This document shows positions 1-11,500 of a stretch of DNA of 64,000 nt, piece by piece. Source of the DNA: Tubiluchus corallicola (Eukaryota > Animalia > Priapulida); contig JAQGDQ010000125.1 in assembly GCA_030141605.1 (NCBI GenBank), positions 248,001 to 312,000 on the forward strand. The letters run 5' to 3'. A program made the position numbers and the translations under genes. Positions within the stretch are counted from its first letter, which is position 1, and every line of letters starts with the position of its first letter. Under the pieces are notes generated by a model. That model was not told the DNA's origin. It worked only from the letters and a program-made list of their open reading frames with translations, and ran no database searches.

Positions 1-1514
1 AGTATAGTGTTCAGTATGTGCTGAATGTTGATTTACCATCACAATTCATCACTGGTTGTTGAATTATAATAGAGCAATGCAAAAGATACATGAAAAAAGT
101 GCTGTTAAGATATTTCCTTTTCATAGCAAAACTGCTGTTGAGGTTCTTAATAAGAAAATGGAATGTTTCCAGTGTGGCTGTCTAGCATGTCTTTGATTGC
201 ACTATGTAGAAAAAATTACCCAGAATTGCTCATATTTATAAATAAATTATGTACTGTAATCAGACCTTTCTTTTTTACGTTGGTGAAACTTTTGTTACAC
301 TGCATTGCAATTATTTTAACTACAATAAAATGTATATTTTCTTATTTATTTAAGTTATTATAATGTTTTTGTATAGTGTAATACGTGTATTCATAATTAC
401 TATCACATAGTAATTAACAGTTTTTTGAAGGGGATTTCTCCAGTGTAGCAATTAAGCATTGAGCCCGCTTACATCTTTATAGTATACAATATTAGCGTTG
501 TATATCACTCATAAGAATTCACAGTTTTTGGCCATGCTCTAGAAAGACAAGCAATGATATTATGTGCTGGTATGAGCAACCTAATTTTTCACAAAGGTAT
601 TGTTAGTCTGTAGCAGGTGGTAAAATGAATCATTTGTAGGCCACACATTTTTTAATGTAAAGAACACAACATATTACCTCCTTCCAAAAATGCAAAATTC
701 TTAAAACTTTTTAAGTGTGTCAATTGTTTTTATTTTGAGCAAAAATAAACATCCATATTTACAGCCTCTTTGGTGAAAAAATACCATGTTAAACCTACAT
801 GACTAGATCATCAGGTCTCAGTAAAAAACTTATAGCCATATTTGTAACACTGTTGCAATAATAATTACCATAAATAAATACAGTGTTTGTTATCTAGTAT
901 ATACAACTTCGATTACGTTTACAACAAAGTCTTCAAGTATGTTAAGCGAAATATTTACATGAATTTTACTGTTTGCAAAATCTAACTAAATTGGGCCTAC
1001 TCGAAGGTTATGAACGTTTTGTACAGGTACTGGCTGACAAAGTCTAATAAGTTCACTACGTACTTAAAACATGTTTCCACATTTTGTTCGTCAGCATTCA
1101 TTTTCTGAGTGGCCCATTAAATTATGCAAGGGGATTATAATATAAATAATACTAACTAATAATAAAAATTTATACTCTTCTCACAGTTTAAACTACTTAT
1201 GTACAGTCCGTTCAAAGGACAATAGTACTTCAAAATTTTGTTTTGGCTCTACTGAGCACTGGTACACTGCTTAGTCATCTTTCATGTCATTGTTGCAAAA
1301 AATTTTGGCAGTTTAAACCAATGTTACTTAAACTGATAAACCTCGGAATTCAAGTTAGTCCAGGGTAGTCCACTACTATCTGATTAATCAAGCATCTACT
1401 AGCCTAGGAGTGACCACATTGTCAAGTTAAAAGGGGGCAATGTTCATAACCTTCTGTTAATTGATTTTATAGTTCACTGTACTGTATGAGGCATGTCTTC
1501 TGCTTTCTTCACAA

Positions 1515-1554
1515 TTAATTTTTGATAGAAGTCGCTGAAAGTACAGTTATCCAT
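1515..1554 (-). CDS. Candidate alternative terminal exon (RWITVLSATSIKN*) of the PDZ-PH-PH gene
   Basis: Strong acceptor TTTTATATTTTTTCAG|ATGGATAACTG. In phase 2 it supplies the invariant PH-domain Trp helix, then TAA. Confidence 0.45.
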
Positions 1555-1692
1555 CTGAAAAAATATAAAAATTTGATTAGTTTTTGTAAAAATTGTTTAT
1601 CTAACTTAGCATGGTAATGATGATGCGTTCATGTCCGATTTGTTTGGACAGCTTGCATTGTGATTAAACGGCAAAAGCATAAAAAGTTTTAC

Positions 1693-1831
1693 CTCTCATG
1701 GCTTCCTGCCTTGTTAGTGAAAAAGCAGAAAAGGTATGGTAAACAACGTTCTGCAGCACTGACTGTGATGATAAAGTTAAGTCTGCCCTCAAGTCTGTTC
1801 TTTTTGTTTTCTCCAAAAAGCAGCAATCCAT
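1693..1831 (-). CDS. Candidate alternative (dual-frame) exon of the PDZ-PH-PH gene
   Basis: Acceptor TTAATTGTAG|ATGGATTGCTGCTTTT resembles the start of the terminal exon (GTGGATGGCTGCTTTT). Donor CATGAGAG|GTAAAA resembles the penultimate exon end (CACAAGAG|GT). Open in phase 1->2; gives RWIAAFWRKQKEQT* in phase 2. Confidence 0.45.
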
Positions 1832-2509
1832 CTACAATTAAGTTCAACATTACCAAAAATTAGTTGATATCTAGGCTGTACACTCCCTAAGTGACATTAT
1901 GATAATACTAACGATTAATGATTTAATTATCAAGTTTATTAAATTAATTAATTAATTATCCTTGAAAACTCTTCAAAAAGAGCCTATTACCACATGTGCA
2001 TAACTAGTAAACAGACTTTACAAGTTGAGTTGAGAAAATACCGATCTACCCATTTTACGATTCAGAAGCATATCATTCTGATTGTCATCTTCCTGTTGCA
2101 TTAAGTATTTATGACTTATAAATGCTAGGCCTAACTTATCGTTTCCCTCAAAACAGGTTTAAACTTCCAATAATGCTTCAGCATTTATCCCCCATAATCA
2201 AAGATCATCATTTTTCATAAAGTAGTAATTCGTTTGCTTTCTTAAACTGACATTCCCATAAACTTTGAATTCAAAAGAGAGGTTATCCCATATGCTTACC
2301 TCTTGTGGCATTCTGCTACCTCATCAAAAGGGCAGAGGTTTCATTTGGCAAATGCTTCTGTGGCACATCTACTGATCCCAGTGAATGCATTGCTTATTGT
2401 GGTTAACCAGAGCAATGTGAATCAGGCTTATTTTCTTGCTACATGAATATTTTTTGTGGTAATAAATGTTTTTGTTAAACTGAAGCAACTTCCATTATTA
2501 TGTCAACTG

Positions 2510-5500
2510 CTAAGCACATTCTGCTTTTGCCCATTTTCCAATGGAATGTTGAAAAGCAGCCATCCACCTACAAAAACTTACACTTTAGTATTATTATGCT
2601 AATACAAGAGCATGTAATTATAACGTTCGTTTGCCTTTTGACTTTATAACCTTATCATAAAATTATGTATCAATGATGCTGTACAAACAGATGAATTCTC
2701 AAAAATGGCTAAAGAGAAAACTGACCTCTTGTGGCATTCTACCGAATCTGCAAGGAAGCAGAATCGCTGTAGATTAGATTTTGGCGGTATAAGATCAATG
2801 TTAAGCTTGTGTATTAACTGCCCAGTGTCCACTTGATATCCATGAAGGTGTATTGAAGCTAAAACATAAGAAAAACAGGTGATTATTTTTGTGCTACCCT
2901 ATTTTTTAATTATTTTCGTTTTACTGATGCTTAAGAAATTTGTTAATTTGTCTCCAGCAAATGTAGTATTGTCAACAATGTATTTTAAGAGGTAGCCCAT
3001 CTCTTTCAACCTCGAGCTAAAATTTTTCCACTGTTCAATGGTAACATGTGACATTAATAAATTTCTAGCAATTCCACATATCTCGCACCAGAACTTTCAT
3101 ATAAGCCCAAACAAGGAAAACTGCACTTTGAAATCAGCTGAAAAACCGAGCCTGGAAAGTGCTACCCTCTGAGTAACTATCTAATTTCCATGTCTCGAAT
3201 CTTCTTACTTTGCTGAATTTGACACGTAAGCCGTTGAATTGAAGTTAGAATCTTATACGTGTGAATGACCGAATCACTTGGCTACAAGACTGGCAAAATG
3301 AATCTGATACGTACATGCAAAATATGTATTTAGTTCATCCTTTCAGGACTGATTGGCTATAATAGTATTTAAATTAAACTTCTATAATAAAATGGCTATT
3401 ACCTGTTGCAGAAGGTGAATTTGGATTTGCATATAAAATGAGACAGGCATCTTTCAGCACTGCATAACAAGGAATCCATTTTTCGTGCAGTTGATAGGTT
3501 ATGTAGCCATGGTAATCTGCTCCTTGGATGGAAGACGGAGATGACTCGGCCATATCATTGCTTATGCTTAGCCACGGATCCACATGTAAAGTCTAAAGAA
3601 ATGTGAAAGTAAAAGCAGGTTTGTATTTAGTGAACACTCGAAACTGTCCCACAAACTGCTGCGAAGGTTAAGACAGTATGAAACCAAAAACATAAAAAAC
3701 AAGGTCTAAATAGTGAAGCTGATTTGTCAGTCTTTGAACATCAGAAAATTCTTATCTGACAAACACAATGTTAATATACTTATTTGCTTATATTTCACAG
3801 CCTGTTTTACTATAGCTTAGCTTGCAAAAGTTATATTATATTAGAAGTATATTAGCATTATATGAGAAATAAGTGAAAGTGAATTGCTCAGATTCTTTTA
3901 ATAATAGTAAAAAGACTGTACCGAATCTGACGAAGCCTTTGTCTCATTTATGGCCTGTAACCATATTTTCATGTCATCCTCATAAGCAGTTTTGAAGTAG
4001 TATGTCCTTTCTCCGTAGCAGCTGATTTGAAAACAATGAGCTGATACAGTCGATGCTGCTACTCGACTCGCTATATAATTTTCCAGCTGGATTGCACCAA
4101 CTGGATCACGGTCATGCTCGTTTTTGTAAAGGTATAGGGTCCTATCTTGCTTTAATTCCACCCATCTTTTCCGCCAGTGAGTGTTACTGCTGATACCACC
4201 AAGGACAGTAAGGTATCCATTGCAAAGTATCTTCAACTCTAAGTTGATGTCTATGTGGTACAAACTTCTGCCTTTGGATGCAACTTTTAGTTCTATCGGA
4301 TCAGGACCTGAAGCAAAGCAAATCCGCTAAAGTTCATTGAGGTTACTGCAAGTATGTACATACATCTGGTTTATTTTCCTGCTCTACAGTATTGCTTAAT
4401 CTAAAATAAATAAAGAAAAGGACCCTTACTTTTCAAAGCCAACTGAACAACTTCCTTGTGTGGCATATCTAGCACATTTGTGCCATTAACAGCAATAATA
4501 GCATCACCAACGGTCAAGCCTGCTTGTTCTGCTGGTCCACCTGGAATTTTATTTATAAGTTAATTACAATGCCTAGGAGTTCCATTTTCATGTAACAGTA
4601 ATACAAATCAAGTTTGCACATGTCAGTGAATGCTACTGCATGTACAACTTTTAAGTTAAAACTTATCAGAAGCATGACAATCATGGATGACAGTGAACTA
4701 GTGCAGAAATAGGGCAGAAGTGCTGTCTTATCCAGCTACCATTATTAAGTTTTATCAGCACTAACTCAGGAACTCACTGTTTTTGCCACACATTGAACAG
4801 ACTTTGATATATTGTGTTTGCATGATAAATGAATAAATTATTTTTAAAGCTACGTTCTCCCGTAGGTCTACCTAAAACAATATTGCTGATCTCACCTTTG
4901 TCGCACTCAGCAACTATAACAGGGTGGCTTCCATGAATCCGGAAGCCATATTCGTTGTTTTTCTTGTGTACTAGAATTGTTTTATCTTGATCTAGAACAT
5001 TAATAAAATTCTCATTAATTAATCATTCACTAACTGGCTAAACTTTACAGTTCCCCACACAAACAAATTAGTTCTTGAAAGGGTAGTCCACAAATAGAGA
5101 ATAACTGAAAAAACAGGGAAAGGATGAGAAAAGGTGGGGGAGGAAGAGAGGGGCAGAGAGCAAGAGTCAAGAAAAAGAAAAAGAAAAAACATAGTTAAAG
5201 AGAAAAAAATGAGAGAAAGAGTTTTTGGTCAACAGTGTGCAAATAAAAAGAAACCGAGAAAAGAGAAAGACGGGATAAGAATTAGAGTGAGCAGGAAAGA
5301 TTTTGATAGACAGGTTGACCCTGTTCATCGATAGAGAAGAGGCAGAGAAAGAGATGCAGAGGAACAGAGGGAAAAGGGAAGGAGGAGTAAGCGTCAGGCA
5401 AAAAAATGGAAAAAGTGAAAACAGAAAAAAATGTGGCTGACAGATTGGCATAAAGGAGCTGAGAGGAACTGAAAAGGAGGTGCCTCACTTTGTTAATTAC

Positions 5501-8500
5501 TTCTGAGTTTTCAAATTGTCAACCTTGCCACCTGTCTACCAGACATTTCCAGACTTTTTTCTTTTCAGTCTTTCTCTTGTTTTTTGTCTACCACCTTCTT
5601 CTCCTATTCCTTTCCTCTCATCCTCTACCTCTCTCATCATCCTTTTCTCTTCCTTCTCTATTTGCACACTGTCAAACTGAGAATCTGTCTACCAAACACT
5701 CAAACTTTTAAAACATTTTTATGTTATTGTATCACTGTGGTAAAGGTTAGATTTTGTGTGGGGAATTCCTTCCCATTAATTAAAGCAGCGTTCCATCTCT
5801 ATACTTTGAAAATATTTCAGCAATTGTGCCTTGTATCATGTTTATTCATTCGATCACACGAAGTTTTTTGATACAGTGTATAAGCCACAAGAAATAAAAA
5901 ATTGCTGTTTTTGAGGTTTGTGATTAAAGGGCTATTAAAATTTTTCTCTTCGCAAAAACTTGTGCAAAAAGAGGCTGGAGTTTTTCAACTCACAGAATTA
6001 TACTATTAATTTTAATACAGACCATAGGTTTTGTTAGCAGATTGTTGTTGTATGTAAGCTGATCTGTGTTGTAGCATTTCTTTCCGCAGTGCTGTATAGT
6101 GTTCTCGAAATTCCTCTTCAGAAGCAGTCGAATCTTGAGAGTTTCGTCGAACGTCTTGTATAGTTCCCGCAGTTTCTGCTTCTAGCATGCCTAACAAAAT
6201 CATTGGTGGACCTTTAGTTTCACAGCTAATGATGCTGTTATATTAGGCTGTTAGTTGAATCTGATTTTTGAAAATAATAATTTCTGGCAGTATTATGACA
6301 TGGTAAAAGCAGTATTCCTATATATACTCATGCTTCTCAAGAACCTATGTTAAAAATTGTTCTTCTTTTAACTCTTAGTGCTTTGCTGCTTAGTTCTTTT
6401 ACCTCTAGACAAACACATGTAATTCTTTGTGAAAAAGACAGTGTTTCATGCTAAATTCTGATCTTCGTTACTAAGTATGTAAAACTTAGTAATCTATATT
6501 AGTAAGAATCACAACTGTCTACCTTGATCTTGAGCACCAGAAGCATCGTGCAACATTCTCGAATCAGGCTGATATATCCAATTCTCAGATAGATAAGGAC
6601 TGGCATAGACATCTATTATAATAAACTTCAATTAGTTTACCATTTGAGCCATTCTTTTATACTTGTCTTGAATTATTGTGAGAGAATGTGCAGCTGGAAT
6701 TAATGCTAAGTTAAAAAATCTCAAAGTTTACTTAAAAATTCATAATTTTTGCTGTGTCTAACGTCAAGAGATATGTCAACAACGTGCTTGTTAGCAGCTT
6801 AGCTAGTTTAACTTTCTTGTTACAAAATGGCTCATGCTTAACAATTTTTCCAAGATAAAGTGATTGTGTAACTACATCAAAAATCTGATGATGTTGTATT
6901 TCAAGATGTAATCTGTGCATTATCATTATACAGATTATAATATACTCAAAAATCCCCATACCTCAAAAGTAAAACAACAACATTCATTAGGATCTGTTAG
7001 CAAAGGAAGTAAATCCTAATAAATGGCAACCACATGATGTTGTTCTCCTTTGAGGTATGAAATTCAATTCTATATTGTTTGAGTGTATACTTCATAATGT
7101 TATTAAACATTGCCTAAGTTAATGTTTTAAAAAAATTACTCACTTGCGTTAGTGCCAGACATCATGTCGATATGTGACCTAGCATTCATCAGCTCTCTGC
7201 TTGTTACAGGTTGTTCTCCAAGATTAGAGTTTTTTCGATAACTAGTTGGTGGGGAATTAGCTGATACATCATTTTGTTTGATACCCCTGGAAGCTGTTGT
7301 TGTAACATTTGGTTGTGTAAAGCTCAAGGACAGTGCATCAGTTTCTGCTTCAAAAAGTTGCTTCTCTGTGCATCGCTTTGGTGAAGGAGTCAACCGTATC
7401 CTGGGACTGCTTCTGGAGTCTTCTAGGGTAGTGAAGGTATCTGATTTTATATCATTGTTCTTGTGGATGTCTCCAATTGGTGACTGTGGTGGTGTTTTGC
7501 GTACTTGCTGTAATGCACTTGACTCAGAGTAGTTTGGAAGCTGGAATTTAATGTTTTCCACTGGTGTCCTGTCTGAATAATCTGAGTCAAACTCCATGTC
7601 AGCATCAACATCAATATGTCGACTGATAGTTTGATGCAGCTGGTTATGATTAACACTAGGTGACTGACCAGCAAGGTATTCCAAAAGTTCTTGTTTATGA
7701 TTTGGCTCTTTTAACCAGTCAGGTGCACCTTGCTTTTTTGCAAGTAAGGTCTCACGATAGGTATACAGTGAAGGTGTTCCCCTGGAGTCTTGTTGCCAAG
7801 ATTCATGAAATGGATGCTCCATTTCATGAAGCAGTTTTGCATCCTGTCGCTTGCTTGTTACAATTTCCATAGGATTAGTCTCAGATAAGCTGGTGCTGGG
7901 GGTCAACGTTTCGCTTGCACTATCTTCACTTCTTGTGTAAAGCTGTAAACTACCAACTGTTTCGTCAATATTTCTTCTGATAATTAACGTGCCAGTACTG
8001 TTGGTCATAATGTCATCTTCAAGTACCTCACTAGGAACTTGGCTGCTTGTGCTGTCTGACATGTCGCAATCAGGAAAATTAACAGTTCCTTCTTTTATCG
8101 ACTTGGTCTTTAAATTGATGTCATCAGTATGTGGTTCCCTATCTGTTTCAGCAACTTTAATTAAGTTTTTTTCAATATTAGCTCCTGTATCATTTTGCTG
8201 TGATGACAAGTCAAGATACATATTGTCCATCATCTTTTTTGCTCGGTGTTCGCAGTGTTGCATCTCTAAGGTTGTTGGAGGCAATTTTCTTTGCTTTAAT
8301 TCATTTGCATAATTCGGTTTTGGTAGGCTGTTGTTTGTAAGATTATTGTTAGTACTACACTGTAATGTTTGTTCACAGTGTACTTGTGGCTCTTGCATGG
8401 GTGATTTTGGACTTTCTGGTCTATAATCACAGATGACTCCAAAATGTAATGTGTTCTTGTTTTCTTGACTCGCAAGCTGCTGAACAGCAGATGAAGATGT

Positions 8501-11500
8501 ATGAATAAGACGAGATATTAAACTATCTGGGGGAAGATCAGCAGATGCCAGCTCTTTTAAAGGGAGTTTAGGAGAGCTTGCATTCTCAATGATGGGTGAT
8601 TTTGTAGATGACCTTTTTGAATCAAATGGGGAGAGCGTTGACGATCGTTTAGAGTCAGATGGTGACGATGGTACAGAATATGATGGGTTTGGTACGTTTA
8701 AGGGTGATTTAGGTGTTAAACTAGTTAAAACTTGATGAGTATTTTTAGTTTCACACACCTGCTCACCTGACTGTGGTGTTAGCATAAATTGGACCGGTTT
8801 ATTTTCTTGGGTAATGGGTTTCGTTTCTTGCATGTTTAATTTTTCCAGCGATATGCCATGTTCTTTTTTGTACACATCTTGCTTGGGCTGGTATAAATTT
8901 GGACTTGAGTTGATAAATGCTTGGTATGTGGAATTCCCAGCCATTCCCAATACTTTTTCTGATCCCCGAAAATTTCCGTCAGGTTGCCTGGCATACGTAT
9001 AGTAATTCTGAGATGCTCGTTGAAGTGCCTGTGCTAACTTGTGACTGTGAGTGTAACCGATACTGCTCGACTCATTTGATACTGGCTGTTCTTTTTTCAA
9101 CTCAAACAATGGCTCAGTGCTGCATGGTGTGATTACATTAGGTTGCAATGCACCTGAATCCGGCTGTGTAGAAAAGGAAGGTATCTTTACTGGACTATGA
9201 TCATCATATTTTGTTTGTAAATGTATAAACTGATGATCATCTAGTTTTCCATGCATTAACATCTGCTGACTGTGCAACATTTGTTGTTGTATTTCTCGAA
9301 GTGCCATATCTTGATTATCATGGGTTTGAGCAATCTGACCTGAAGGAGCTTGTGAAGGCATGGGCAGTTTATGTTGCTGGGACAAGTTAAGTGCTTGCTG
9401 TTGTGAGCAGCCTTTTATTTCAGGTATGTGATGGTATTCTCCCAAATGGCTCTGAGTGTATAACGGATTACCATGCTGATAAACCAGATGGTGCTGATGC
9501 ATTGCACTTGGTAGTGCATAAGCAGATGATATGGGGTCAGTGGCATGCATATGGTTAGCTATTGGTTGGTGCGACATTATTACAGGCGCATGTACTGATG
9601 CTTGCTGTGCTGATCCTTGAACCAATGACATAGGGTAGCCATGCTGATATGATCTGTACAACGAGTACTCTTGAGATGATGGGAGGGTTCTGTATTGTAC
9701 CAGATTGTAAAAAGGTAAGGGAGCTGGTGTAGTGGTGTAGTCTTGCAGAATATTTAGCTCATCAGGTGTTTTGGGTAAATGTGGACTTTTTATTCTAGGA
9801 CTTTGAGAACGAGACCTTGATCTTTTTCTGCCGTGCCTGGTTTCACTTTTGAAGCTTCGGATTGGTGATTTTTGTTTTGCAGTAACGTTGTTTACACTTC
9901 CACTGATAAGTTGTTGACTTTTTGTTTCTGCTGTTTTCCGAACAGGTTTTCTATGGCTTAATGCTGCTCTTGCCATAGCTATCTGATGGGCTTGCTCAGC
10001 CTCAGTCAGTTTTAATTCATTGAGATATGTTTCTATTACAGCATTCTGTTGTTGTTTCAAATCATTCTGATTACATTCTTCTGTGTCACTAGTTTTTTCT
10101 TTAATCAAAGTTTTAGAAGTTTGATTATTTTGCTGCCCCAGCAGATCATTCGTCCCAGTCTTTTGCAAATGTGATCCCGTTTCTTCACTTGGCTGTTTGG
10201 CAAGTGCTTCAGCTTTTAACTTCTGTGATAATTCACTGAAAAACACAGCATTATGCAAACCCTGGGGAATTCGACAGTGAAGTGGATCTTGACAAAATTT
10301 AGCATGCTTCTGAAGCAACTCCTCATAGTTTGTCACGTTTTGTTTTTGTCGTATCTTGCTTGGTTTAGAGTCTTGAATTTTTTTGTATATTTGTGATATG
10401 TCATCTTTTTGCTTTTTGCACACTTCACAGGTTCTTTTTAATGTCTTGCAAACACTGCAGTGGTATACATCGCCAACGTTATCCTTTGTTATATGACTTG
10501 TGTTGTTTGTCAAACTTGACGAGTTCACTTGTTCTGCATCATTTGATTGACTCTTTGAAGAGTTCTCTGATTGTGATTGCTGATCTGATGAACCAATGTA
10601 GAAAATACATTGATCGGGGAACTGTGTTCCCACTGTTCTTGTTTCTACGAAACAACCAGCACTCCGCCACCTAAAATTTGATAAAGAATATTCTGTCATT
10701 TTATTTGGGCCTGCATTATGTGGTCCACTGTAAGGATGTGGATGAATATGCAGGCCATCATGCCTGGACCTTCGGGGTAGGGTCTGTACTGTCATTTTTC
10801 CTGGAGGATGGTGTTGCAGATATGTGCTATCTTCTCTTTGCCGAAATACACCTGGGTAGCCGCAGTACATTGGATCATGAGCAGTTTTGTTTGGCCTTGC
10901 CTTGTGCTTGTGTAAGACATTGTCATTGCTGTCCGGCATAAATTTCTTAGCAGACAGGACAGGCGAATATGAACCATGATGACCTTTTAAACTGCCTCTT
11001 CCAAATCGTGTTTCAATACTTCCAGACTTTTTTCTTTTGTTATCTCTTGGTGATGATAGTGAGGTATTTGCTTCTTTTGTTGGTGAGGTATTGCCATCCG
11101 ATGTGGTGTTAGTTTTTGTTTCTTTTGGTGGAGTAGTTGCTTTATGACATATTTCACTTTGTGGGCGCAGTGGTGGTAATTTGGTTACATACAAATAATC
11201 AAGTCTGGGTCGATACATCACATGCTTTTGATCAGTGTCCATTTTCTGGTGTTCTCCTTCAAGTGTTGAAGGCAGAGTGGCTGCTTTTGCAGCTGACACA
11301 GGATGATTGTTTAACTTAACATCCTTTCCTGTTAAGATACATGTTTCTAGAACATCTGATCCCTTTCTTTTCTGACTCTGGGAAGTTTGAATAGGTGACT
11401 CAGCTTTTTGTAGCATATGGTCTGTCTGAGAATCGCTCCTTGCAATTCGTCGACGAAACATTCTCTCCAAGCTTCCACGGAGAGTTACACGTTTTCTGTG

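Noticed and set aside
2300-2480. Coding exon ending LCPFDEVAECHKR
   Set aside because: All three frames contain stops. Only the last ~40 nt resemble the penultimate exon, so it is treated as duplicated non-coding flank.
2510-2524. C-terminal AECA* as a prenylation signal
   Set aside because: Cys is at -2, which fits neither CaaX nor CC/CxC.
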